Origin: Pyrodictiaceae archaeon
GTDB lineage: Archaea; Thermoproteota; Thermoprotei_A; Sulfolobales; Pyrodictiaceae
Length of the DNA: 64,000 bases
Assembly (NCBI GenBank): GCA_027036135.1
Contig: JALVSY010000007.1
Span: 1,028,880-1,092,879, forward strand
Reading direction: 5' to 3'
Part shown: piece by piece, positions 1 to 9,271 of the stretch
Layout of the letters: the number at the start of each line of letters is the position of its first letter
How positions within the stretch are numbered: position 1 is the first letter of the stretch
The notes under the pieces: model-generated
Database searches by the model: none
What the model saw: the letters and a program-made list of their open reading frames with translations, nothing else
Told to the model about the DNA's origin: nothing
Program-made: the position numbers and the translations under genes

Positions 1-153
1 CATAGTAGGCGGCATGGCCATTAGCGCCCTTGAAGTAATAATGTGTATACCGCCGTATACGGCGCGAGAAATGAGAATAGAAGCAGCTGCCGCCAGGGAA
101 ACAATCATAGCAATCACAAAGATAGCTGCAACTAAGTTCTCTAGTCCACGCAT
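1..153 (-). CDS. 5' part of a type IV pilin-like protein with a class III signal peptide; runs off the window
   Basis: Not in the ORF track. The minus strand from ATG at 153 reads MRG|LENLVAAIFVIAMIVSLAAAASILIS..., i.e. R-G followed by a hydrophobic stretch, as in PibD/FlaK substrates. Confidence 0.6.
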   Translation of the reverse strand, partial: MRGLENLVAAIFVIAMIVSLAAAASILISRAVYGGIHIITSRALMAMPPTM

Positions 154-338
154 GGGTACCCTAGGTATCTTCCTGTATCAGATGCAGCGGCGTGGAGGGG
201 CCGGGCCGTAACTAAGCAGTAACACTGTATGCAAATGTATACACTTGTTACCGCATACCCCAAAAACCCTCCACAACAACCTACCACTACCACACGGCCT
301 AGAGAAAAGGTAGACTCTAAGCGCAGGGTGAACCACGT

Positions 339-3300
339 ATGAGATCCAGGCTACTAAACACGCTCATAATAGCAATCTTCCTCCTCTCCATAGCAGCACC
401 ACTAGTACCAATAATGACCACACCTATAACAAAGATAGCTAAGGCACAAGCAGCACCAACAATATGGGCTAATGCGACAAAAGTAACATGCAACACGACA
501 GTAAAGGTAGTAGTAACAGTACCAGGAGCCACGGCGAGCACCGTAAAGGTCAATGTAACTGTTAATGGCGCTCCTAATACAGTTACACTCGAGAGAAATG
601 GTACCACAGACCAGTATGTTGGCTACCTATATATAAAACCGATCCAACCGGAATGTGGTGCTGCAGAAGTAGTATACATATCGCTAGGCGGGTATACTTC
701 ATACGCTCTCTCGGGCACGCTTAACAGCAATGGGCAAACAATAGTAATAAGCATGAAGGGTGCAGAGAACACGTGGACCATCTACTTCTATAACAAGGCG
801 AAACTAGTAATTGAGGGACGCGAATACCCGCCAAATAGCGGAGTATATTGGATACCAAGAATCTGCAACTGTACAATAGGTAGCATAAATCCATACTATG
901 CCTATAACCCCTGGGAGTGGTACATAATAGCGCCATTTGCTACGCCTGGAAAACAATACAATGTATCAATAAATATAACTAATATCGTCAATAACGAGCC
1001 GGTAGCAAGCATAACTGCAGTATTCAATGCAACAACAAAAGGCGGCATAACAGTACTAATCCCGGCGAACAAGACTGAGGCAATGAAGATAAACTACCTA
1101 CTCCTAGAGGCCAGTAACAAGACTACACCTTGGTACATAATGGGCAACAACTTTGATGACGTCATAAGCCAGGGAGACCTTCTACAAGTAACAGCCACAA
1201 TATATAACGCGACAAGTTCATCAAAGAGTATTACGACAAAGAGCATACAACTAAGAATATTCGTAAGTATAGCGAAAATATATACCGAGCCAGCAACACT
1301 AAGCCTAAACAACCCAGAATTCACAATATACGTAGCCGATGCTGACGCCAACTTCAACTCAACATACGCAGAGACATACCCATTCAATCTAACAATAGGA
1401 GGGATACAGGTAAAGCTAAAAGAAACTGGACCCGACACCGGCCTCTTTGCCGCACAGCTAAACTTATTAACAAAAGGCCTCTATCCACAAGGCTTCAACG
1501 AGACGAACAATAAGTTATACTGGAACCTAACAGAAATAAGGATAGACAAGCCAAGAAAAGTAGTAACATGCCTAAGAAGCGGCTACTTCACAATACAATA
1601 CCACTATGGTATAGTAAAGACAGCGCAGGCATCAGTAATACTAAGACAAGCAGTGCACTGCTGCCCGGTTCTCGAACTAACATTAGAAACCAATGATACG
1701 GACCTATTGCTAGGATATCCATCAACAGTACCGGTAGCAGCAACAATGATAACGCCTGGTACCCCATTGATAAATGTTACAGCGAATTATACAGAATACT
1801 ATTCATCAACCAATACTATAGAGCAGACAAAAGTACCAGCACTAATGATCTCGTTGTATCTAGTGGGAGTAAACGAGACCAATGGGACAAAGGCAATACC
1901 TCTAACAGCAACCGCTAACTTTACACTAGCATTCTACCAGACAAGCAGCAATACAATCACGGCACAGATACCACTAAGCCTGATTAACTGGGCGCAAGCA
2001 AATAAGAACCTAACAGAGAGCGGATATAACCCCAAGTGCATCGAAGTAGTATACTATGATCTCTTCAACCCGAGCCTGCAAGTACAAAAACACATAGTGT
2101 GTGTGAAGGTGCAACATGTAAGTATGAGCTTGGATCGCTATATATTACCAGTAATAGCTAGGACATTGAATGCAACCAATCACTACACTAATATATCTGG
2201 GTCACAGTATCAAGTAGTACATATAAAAATCTATGATGAGGGTATGAACAAGAACTGCTGCCAAGTAGACAATATTAGTGCTTCTAACATCAAATTAATA
2301 CTAACAAAGTATGATAAAGTAATAGGTAAAAGTATCGTACTGAACGAATCTTATGGTGAGATAACACTGCCTCTCAAGGAAAGACTGAGCAACGGCTCTA
2401 TAATCACTGTTGGAAAATGTTATATGGAGGTAACGAACTTTACTGAGACCGGGCCAAATACAGGAGTATTTACCGGCGAACTCAGAATATACTCAATTGT
2501 TAATATAAGCGGTAAGACCTACTGGTTCCCAGGGTGCCCATCACCATGGCTAAATGGCGCCACGTTAACCCTTAAGTACATAAGTGGAGCTGTAGGATAC
2601 GCAGAGAAAACAATTAAGTTCAAAGTAGATGACGCTATGCTAAAAGTATCATCCACGAGCGTATACTTTGGGAAGAACCTAACAATAATAGTAAATGACC
2701 CAGACGCTAACCTGGATAATAGCGTGAACGAAACCATACCGGTAATTATAGAAGCTTATTGTCCGGTAAGCGGGGAGCTTAAACAATACACGGTGTCTCT
2801 AAAGTCTGTTGCCGCGAATAGTAGCATATTTGAGGCCACGATACCAGTCACTAAACCATATGTACCAGGCCCTTGTACCCAGCTAATTATTCGCTACATA
2901 GACCCAACACCATATAATCCGATGTCATTAAGCCTAGCGCAGCAGTTATTTGAACAAGCATACGCAGAGAACGGCTCCGTCCATTGGTTGCTGTACTATA
3001 GTAGCCCATACACCCCATCCAATTCATTGGCGACAAACTTTGCTCCGTCCTCAGATGCGGTCCACGAAGTAACCATTAATGTGGTGCCTATGAAAGGCAA
3101 GGTTGAGGTATTCTACGAGTTGCCGCCGTTTATAAATAACTGGATAAATGTTACCAACAAGGTTATACCGGCATCTAACTACACATTAATTAACATAACG
3201 GTAATCGATAGCGACCAGAACAAAAACGCTATGGAAATAGACACGATATCGCCAAGCTATATATCAATAACCTTTAACGGGACAACGGTGTCTCTACCGT

Positions 3301-4397
3301 CACAGTATGTGTTAATAGAGACTGGGCCAGACACTGGAGTATTTACAACAACCTTGTCGCTTGGCGACATATTATCGATGTTGGGACTTAATAGTCCACT
3401 AGAGCTAGCAGGGAAAACTATAACTATAACATATCATGACCCGTCAGCGTCATGTCAGACTGGAATATGCGGTGGAACTGGTACAGCAACGGCATCAGTA
3501 GCACTGAAAGTGATAGATGTAACTGGTAACCTTTCAGTAATTAATGCGGTTACTGGTAAGCCTCAGAACAGCTTTAACTGTTATTGCATGAGGACCCATA
3601 AGCCAGGCAACATAATAACTATTAGCGTTGCTGATCTGGATCTCCTACCATACAGTATGCCATACAGCGGGTTAAGCCAAGTAAATCTTAGCAAGTTTAT
3701 CAGCATATATAATGTAAGAGGTACGAGCATGTCTCCAGCTGCTAATAGCATAACATTTAGATACGCTGGAACATACAATGTAACAGTAGATGGCGTACCA
3801 ATACCTGTAGCGGTCTTTAACGCCACTAACATACAGCTACTTTGTAGCAGTTTTGAGACGACGAGTGTGAGTGGAAACTATATTGTAGCACCACCATTCA
3901 CTACGTTGAAGATAGTATACCATGACCCGGCCAGCAGCAATGGTATGCCTGTAAACGTGAGCAAGTCATTTAGCATAGGTATAGCGACAATAACTAAGCC
4001 CGAGGAGACAGCTAGTATTAATACGTCAAAGACAGCAGTAGTAGTCTACAGAAATGGTACATTCGTACAAACGACGCTAGTGGTACAAGGTGAGCCGGTA
4101 ACAATAGAGGCACCGATAACCTATAACCCGCTGGCAGCCTCGATGTTCGCTGGCAAGACCTTCGATGTAGTGTATCTAATCACTGATAACACCGGACACG
4201 TCTATGCCTTCGGCTACGTGCCTGTAAGCGTATCGCAGAGCGGTTACGTAGTAGTACCATTGCAGATTAGTAGCTTAGTAACAAAGAGCTTAGCGCCAGG
4301 GACATATAAGGTAGTAATTTATGCTGTCAACAACTTAGTGAATTTGGTATCGCTATCAAAGCCCGTTGAAGTAACAATAACGGTACAAGCGGCATAA
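339..4397 (+). CDS. Large secreted glycoprotein, putative S-layer main subunit (SlaA-like)
   Basis: 1352 aa with a signal peptide, many N-x-S/T sequons, beta-rich composition and many Cys. Repeated modules carry D-x-D-x-N, ETGP(D/N)TG(V/L)F and YHDP motifs. Followed by a stalk-like gene. Confidence 0.7.
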   Translation: MRSRLLNTLIIAIFLLSIAAPLVPIMTTPITKIAKAQAAPTIWANATKVTCNTTVKVVVTVPGATASTVKVNVTVNGAPNTVTLERNGTTDQYVGYLYIKPIQPECGAAEVVYISLGGYTSYALSGTLNSNGQTIVISMKGAENTWTIYFYNKAKLVIEGREYPPNSGVYWIPRICNCTIGSINPYYAYNPWEWYIIAPFATPGKQYNVSINITNIVNNEPVASITAVFNATTKGGITVLIPANKTEAMKINYLLLEASNKTTPWYIMGNNFDDVISQGDLLQVTATIYNATSSSKSITTKSIQLRIFVSIAKIYTEPATLSLNNPEFTIYVADADANFNSTYAETYPFNLTIGGIQVKLKETGPDTGLFAAQLNLLTKGLYPQGFNETNNKLYWNLTEIRIDKPRKVVTCLRSGYFTIQYHYGIVKTAQASVILRQAVHCCPVLELTLETNDTDLLLGYPSTVPVAATMITPGTPLINVTANYTEYYSSTNTIEQTKVPALMISLYLVGVNETNGTKAIPLTATANFTLAFYQTSSNTITAQIPLSLINWAQANKNLTESGYNPKCIEVVYYDLFNPSLQVQKHIVCVKVQHVSMSLDRYILPVIARTLNATNHYTNISGSQYQVVHIKIYDEGMNKNCCQVDNISASNIKLILTKYDKVIGKSIVLNESYGEITLPLKERLSNGSIITVGKCYMEVTNFTETGPNTGVFTGELRIYSIVNISGKTYWFPGCPSPWLNGATLTLKYISGAVGYAEKTIKFKVDDAMLKVSSTSVYFGKNLTIIVNDPDANLDNSVNETIPVIIEAYCPVSGELKQYTVSLKSVAANSSIFEATIPVTKPYVPGPCTQLIIRYIDPTPYNPMSLSLAQQLFEQAYAENGSVHWLLYYSSPYTPSNSLATNFAPSSDAVHEVTINVVPMKGKVEVFYELPPFINNWINVTNKVIPASNYTLINITVIDSDQNKNAMEIDTISPSYISITFNGTTVSLPSQYVLIETGPDTGVFTTTLSLGDILSMLGLNSPLELAGKTITITYHDPSASCQTGICGGTGTATASVALKVIDVTGNLSVINAVTGKPQNSFNCYCMRTHKPGNIITISVADLDLLPYSMPYSGLSQVNLSKFISIYNVRGTSMSPAANSITFRYAGTYNVTVDGVPIPVAVFNATNIQLLCSSFETTSVSGNYIVAPPFTTLKIVYHDPASSNGMPVNVSKSFSIGIATITKPEETASINTSKTAVVVYRNGTFVQTTLVVQGEPVTIEAPITYNPLAASMFAGKTFDVVYLITDNTGHVYAFGYVPVSVSQSGYVVVPLQISSLVTKSLAPGTYKVVIYAVNNLVNLVSLSKPVEVTITVQAA

Positions 4398-4578
4398 ATA
4401 CATGATAGCTAAGTGGATGAGAAGGTTAAAACCCCTAATGTTTTTTACTTATTTATCGTATTCTGTTATAAGCTATAGATAGAATGTTCGAACATTACAT
4501 ATATGTAGCTCTCAACGCTTAAATACGTGCTCCAAAGAAAAATCCCCTTGATGGTGTATAATTGGAGGGTGTAGGTAA

Positions 4579-5937
4579 ATGAGAAAGATAATAACTCCAA
4601 TAGCTGCCCTACTAGTGATAACAGTGCTAGCACTAAGTATAGCTAGTTACGCTGCCTCAGTAACCTATAGCGGCGTGACCCTTAGTACTAATAAGAACAA
4701 GTACCTACCCGGTGAAACAGTAACAATAACTGTTAGCTTCGAGAAACCATTCACGGGGTCTGTATATCTATACATCTATAAGCCAGGAGGAATTCTAGAT
4801 TTCTTCAAGTATGTAAGTCTAACGAATGAAACAACTTACACGGTGACTTACAAGCCACAAGAACTGGGTGTCTATACGGTCAAGGCAAGCGTTCAAGGTA
4901 GCTTTGCAGGAGAGAATCGGACAATAGTGATACCAGTTAGTGCCTTATCAGTAACATTTACTGTGGCGGCGCAATATGCGATTAAAGGCCGAGTAGTTGA
5001 TGAAAACGGTAATCCGGTTCCTGGGGCAACGGTTATGATTAAAGAAGCAGGGCTAAAGACAACTACTGATAGTAATGGTTACTTTGTTATATCGGTAGCG
5101 AAGCCAGGTACATACACGCTATGTGCTTGTAAGGAGGGCTACTTACCAAGTATGGCTACTGTCCAAGTGACCCAGATGGGTATAACAGAGCTAAGTAAGC
5201 CAATAGTCATAGAGAGCTTCACTCATGCGATACTAAGACTACAAAACAATATACAGCAACTAGATAATAAGTTAGCAGAACTAAATATGACACTAAGCAA
5301 TGCTATAAAGACACAGGTAAGTAACCTGCGAACAGAGCTAACAAATAGCCTAAATCAGTTAAGCAATGATGTTAACAAGAAGATAAACAATCTAACACAG
5401 AGAGTAACGGGTCTAGAGAATACAGTAGCCGGTATAAGTGATGCATTAAAGCAGCTAAGCACTAGCATACAATCGCTACAGACAAGTATACAGAATCTAC
5501 AGGCGCAACTAAGTAATGTACAGCAGCAGTTACAAGGAAAGGCTGATAAAGCTGCACTACAACAGCTAGCAACTATGTTAAACAATATGAATACTAAGAT
5601 AAGCAATATGGATAAAACGTTATCGACTCTGCAGACAACGGTAACCCAGTTGCAAGGCGTCGTCAAAGACCTCAAGACGACTGTTGGGGGACTAAAGACA
5701 ACGGTTAGTAGTTTGCAGACGAGTGTATCCGACTTAAAGTCAACTATGAATAATGTACAGAACAAGCTTAATACTGTAGCGAGCCAGGCGAACAGCGCTG
5801 CGCAGCAGGCTAGCAAGGCTACAAAGAAGGCCGATGACGCTGCATCGAAGGCGATGCTCGGCATAGTGATAGGCATAATTGGCCTCATAATAGCAATTAT
5901 AGCTGTTATACTAGTTTATCGGAAAATAGCTGTCTAA
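4579..5937 (+). CDS. Membrane-anchored coiled-coil stalk protein (SlaB-like)
   Basis: Signal peptide, Ig-like domain, carboxypeptidase-regulatory-like domain (GRVVDENGNPVPGATV...TDSNGYF), ~200 aa heptad coiled coil, C-terminal TM helix followed by RK. Confidence 0.75.
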   Translation: MRKIITPIAALLVITVLALSIASYAASVTYSGVTLSTNKNKYLPGETVTITVSFEKPFTGSVYLYIYKPGGILDFFKYVSLTNETTYTVTYKPQELGVYTVKASVQGSFAGENRTIVIPVSALSVTFTVAAQYAIKGRVVDENGNPVPGATVMIKEAGLKTTTDSNGYFVISVAKPGTYTLCACKEGYLPSMATVQVTQMGITELSKPIVIESFTHAILRLQNNIQQLDNKLAELNMTLSNAIKTQVSNLRTELTNSLNQLSNDVNKKINNLTQRVTGLENTVAGISDALKQLSTSIQSLQTSIQNLQAQLSNVQQQLQGKADKAALQQLATMLNNMNTKISNMDKTLSTLQTTVTQLQGVVKDLKTTVGGLKTTVSSLQTSVSDLKSTMNNVQNKLNTVASQANSAAQQASKATKKADDAASKAMLGIVIGIIGLIIAIIAVILVYRKIAV

Positions 5938-6075
5938 GCTACGCATAGCCCCTTAGTTTTTTAACCGTATACGGCTTTTTAATAATACATTATTATTCTT
6001 ACCTATTAGGTATCTCCCTTATTATTCTACTTTAAACTCTTATCGTTTTTATCCCCTAGGTACGCGTTTCCTAAA

Positions 6076-7512
6076 ATGGTGTGTAGCGTCGTGGCTTCTC
6101 AGCGTCCATCCATCGGGGAAGGCGTAGATTTTCTCTTCCGTCCCCGCGGAGTAGCGGTTATTGGTGCCTCTAGGCACCCTGGCAAGGTCGGCTACATGGT
6201 GCTATATAATCTAAAGAACAGCTACCGTGGCCCCATATACCCCGTGAACCCTAACGCCACGGAGATACTTGGGCTAAAAGCCTATCCAAGCGTACTCGAT
6301 GTCCCCGATCCAGTTGAGTTAGCAGTTATAGTTGTTCCTGCGCCCCGTGTACCCGAGGTTATGGACCAGGTTGGGCGCCGCGGCATAAAGACTGCTATTA
6401 TTATTAGTGCTGGTTTCCGCGAAGTAGGCGAGGAAGGCGCTAAGCTCGAGGAGGAGGTTCTCCGGATAGCTAGGCGTTACGGGGTACGCATTTTGGGGCC
6501 TAACTGTCTTGGTGTTTACTCGCCCTCAACTGGTATCAACACTACCTTCTTGGATCCAGAGAAGCAGAGCCTGCCAGGTAATGGGCCAATAGCATTCATT
6601 AGTCAAAGCGGGGCCCTAGGCTCAGCGCTGTTAGATGTTGCAGCTCTACGCGGCCTAGGCATGAGCAAGTTTATTAGTATTGGTAACCGTGCTGACATAG
6701 ACGAGGCAGATCTACTAGCTTATCTAAAGAATGACTATCATACAAAGGTCATAGCAATATACGTTGAGGGCGTAGAGGACGGCCCCGTATTTAGAAAGGC
6801 GCTTGAGGACACTACGCCGGTAAAACCGGTAGTAGTGCTCAAGGCTGGTAAGACGAGCGCGGGTGCTCGGGCAGCAGCTAGCCATACTGGTAGCCTCGCA
6901 GGTAGCTACCAGATCTACAACGCCGTGTTCAAGCAGACAGGTGCGATAGAGGTTCTGCACACAGAAGAGCTCTTCGATGTGGCTCAGGCATTGGCGCTCC
7001 AGCCCCCGATGAGAGGTGACCGCGTAGCAATCATAACGGTTGGTGGTGGCAGCGGCGTCATGGCTACTGACTGGCTCTCTGAGCTAGGCTTCCAGGTACC
7101 ATTGTTTAGTAAGGAGATACAGGAGAAGCTCCGGAAGATACTACTGCCAATAGCTAGCCCGAGAAACCCCGTGGACATAACTGGCTCGGGGACAGAAGAC
7201 CATATGGTGGAGAGCACGCGGATAGCAATAGAGAGCGGCGAGGTAGACGGTATATTCCTAATACCATACTTCAACATAGCAACTATGACCGAGCGACTAG
7301 CAGACCTCATGGAGCCAATAGCCCAGAAAGCAAAGGAGATGGGAATACCCATAGTAGCCTCGGTCACCGGTGGCCAAAAATCCTGGCGCATAGCAAAGCT
7401 CTTCGAGGCGAAAACAGGGATACCAGTATACCCAGGCGAACACAGAGCAGCAAGAGCGCTCTGGGCGCTCAGGCTCTATGGCAGGTGGCTCCAAAGAATA
7501 GGGAAGCTCTAA
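6076..7512 (+). CDS. acdA: Acetate/acyl-CoA ligase (ADP-forming) alpha subunit; start probably GTG 6091
   Basis: VAVIGAS, GPNCLG, SQSGA, SHTGSLAG (phospho-His) and NPVDITG motifs. Confidence 0.92.
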   Translation: MVCSVVASQRPSIGEGVDFLFRPRGVAVIGASRHPGKVGYMVLYNLKNSYRGPIYPVNPNATEILGLKAYPSVLDVPDPVELAVIVVPAPRVPEVMDQVGRRGIKTAIIISAGFREVGEEGAKLEEEVLRIARRYGVRILGPNCLGVYSPSTGINTTFLDPEKQSLPGNGPIAFISQSGALGSALLDVAALRGLGMSKFISIGNRADIDEADLLAYLKNDYHTKVIAIYVEGVEDGPVFRKALEDTTPVKPVVVLKAGKTSAGARAAASHTGSLAGSYQIYNAVFKQTGAIEVLHTEELFDVAQALALQPPMRGDRVAIITVGGGSGVMATDWLSELGFQVPLFSKEIQEKLRKILLPIASPRNPVDITGSGTEDHMVESTRIAIESGEVDGIFLIPYFNIATMTERLADLMEPIAQKAKEMGIPIVASVTGGQKSWRIAKLFEAKTGIPVYPGEHRAARALWALRLYGRWLQRIGKL

Positions 7513-7577
7513 CAAGACTTTCTCCGGAAAATACCTTAGCACCATATGGAGACTTGGCCGAGACCTAGGGAGTAATT

Positions 7578-7644
7578 GGGGTCGGGCTCGCCCTCGCTCA
7601 GCACTACCGTTTTTTCAGCAAGGGGTTAGGGAGTCCTCATCCCC
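7578..7644 (-). ncRNA. C/D-box sRNA candidate
   Basis: Minus strand: GGGG-ATGAGGA(C)-ctccctaaccccttg-CTGA(D')-aaaaacggta-GTGCTGA(C')-gcgagggcgagc-CCGA(D)-CCCC. Terminal stem present; intergenic. Confidence 0.65.
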
Positions 7645-7780
7645 TCTTAGGAGCTAGCCGTTTCTCCTCTAAGCGGGGAGGGGAATAAAAGGGGCCTTAA
7701 GCCCGGTTAGAAGGGTAGGGAAGTACACAATAACGTAGAGCCCCTATTCGTATAAACGGTAAGTTGGTGGTGCATGGGCC

Positions 7781-8221
7781 TTGAGTAGACCGGGAGAAAT
7801 ACGTGTAATTGATTATGCTTTTCTCAAACAGCTAGAGGAGTGGGTCAAGGCACAGAAGAAGCTCCTTGAGACGTTCCGGGAAACGGCTGCCAGGGTTGAA
7901 CAGGGGGATAGACTTGATATAATAGTAGCGACTCGTGCTGCTTTCCAGCACATGATAAGGACGATAAAGGCGTTTGATAACTGGCTGCAAGACCCAGTAA
8001 TAATAGCTCATGTCCCTCGGGAGATGTTGTTAGAAGTCTGGAAGGTCATGTACAATGTGCTTAATCAGCTCCTCGAGATAGATATCAAGCATACAAGCGA
8101 TGTACGACAACTACTAGAGGAACTGGCAAAAGAGGGCAAGTTAAACCCCCTGGTAGCTACCGTGAAGCCTGGAGGCGAGGAAGAGGAGTCTCCGAGAAGG
8201 CCGCCAACAATGATGATATAG
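7781..8221 (+). CDS. Conserved crenarchaeal helical protein (DUF2153-like)
   Basis: DRLDIIVATRAAFQHMIRTIKAFDNWLQDP signature recalled for DUF2153. Confidence 0.75.
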   Translation: MSRPGEIRVIDYAFLKQLEEWVKAQKKLLETFRETAARVEQGDRLDIIVATRAAFQHMIRTIKAFDNWLQDPVIIAHVPREMLLEVWKVMYNVLNQLLEIDIKHTSDVRQLLEELAKEGKLNPLVATVKPGGEEEESPRRPPTMMI

Positions 8222-8355
8222 TCCGTGTCATTCCTTATTTCTCGATGGAGCTTTGTAAGCTTTGTATTGACTCCTTCTCCCGGAGTCTCTATTATCATTG
8301 CTGTATTTTTAGCAAATATAGTGGGTGGTGAGGGACTCGGTTTAGGTTATTTGGC

Positions 8356-8832
8356 TTGCCTGTGGTGAGTGGTGTGCGCGTTCTCCGTATGCCCCCTAGG
8401 ATAAAGATACTTGAGGCGATGGGTGCTATAGCTGATGGTCGTGTAGAGAAGATAGGCCCTAGGCGCTACCGGGTTGTTAGTAGCGAGGGAGACCGGGTAT
8501 ACAACGTCTACGTTGACCCGGACTCGTTGCTCGTTTTCAGCGACGATAACGGGACAAAGTACCGTGGCTACGTGGGGTACCCGATAATAGCTGTCCTTAT
8601 GCTGGAGGGTATAATTCCCTATGACAAGGAGGTTGCAGAGGCTCTCCGAGGCATACCTTGGAGAAAGCTTAACGAGACGTACAAGCGCTACGCCCTGGTA
8701 GAGAAAGAGGTCAAGCGCATAGCAGTGCAGCGAGGCGTATCAGTTAATAAAATAGATGAGATCGTGGATAGAGCTATGCAGGCCCTACGTGGGCTCAGAC
8801 TACGCCTAGCTCCCTCGATGCCACTAGTCTAG
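8356..8832 (+). CDS. Conserved hypothetical protein
   Basis: Clean ORF with conserved-looking KILEAMGAIADGRV, SDDNG and GYPIIAVLM segments. Confidence 0.7.
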   Translation: MPVVSGVRVLRMPPRIKILEAMGAIADGRVEKIGPRRYRVVSSEGDRVYNVYVDPDSLLVFSDDNGTKYRGYVGYPIIAVLMLEGIIPYDKEVAEALRGIPWRKLNETYKRYALVEKEVKRIAVQRGVSVNKIDEIVDRAMQALRGLRLRLAPSMPLV

Positions 8833-8857
8833 AATGAATAACTCATAGTAGTGGTAA

Positions 8858-9181
8858 ATGTGTATGGGTAGCGAGGAAGAGCTCTGCAGAATAGCTCTCA
8901 CAATAGCGGAGCTGGGCATAGCAGCCCCCGAGTACATAGCGCTAAGACTACGTATGCCAGTCCACCGGGTGCGCTCAGCACTGGGTCTCATGGAGGCCTT
9001 TGGCTGGGTAGAGCGCATAGAGCAAGGTGGCTCGGCTTGCCCTTGCTCGAAGTGCCCGCTGAGAAAAATATGCCCAATTGCTCAGGGCAAGGAGCCAAGT
9101 AGCGGGGTTAAAGTCTACCGTGTAAGGAGAGAGATAATAGAGCATTGTAGGCGCCTCTTATCCGATAACAGAGATAAATAG
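8858..9181 (+). CDS. Winged-helix protein with Cys cluster (FeoC-like architecture)
   Basis: wHTH followed by CPCSKCPLRKIC. Confidence 0.6.
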   Translation: MCMGSEEELCRIALTIAELGIAAPEYIALRLRMPVHRVRSALGLMEAFGWVERIEQGGSACPCSKCPLRKICPIAQGKEPSSGVKVYRVRREIIEHCRRLLSDNRDK

Positions 9182-9271
9182 GTTCCGGGTAGACACATAT
9201 ACACGAGGAAGGAACATATACCCTCGATACAGGGCGTTTTGTTTAGTCTCATTGTTTAGGTGTAGTGTATT

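Noticed and set aside
5355-5888. 177-aa antisense ORF and many similar short antisense ORFs in the track
   Set aside because: They fully overlap well-supported genes on the opposite strand.
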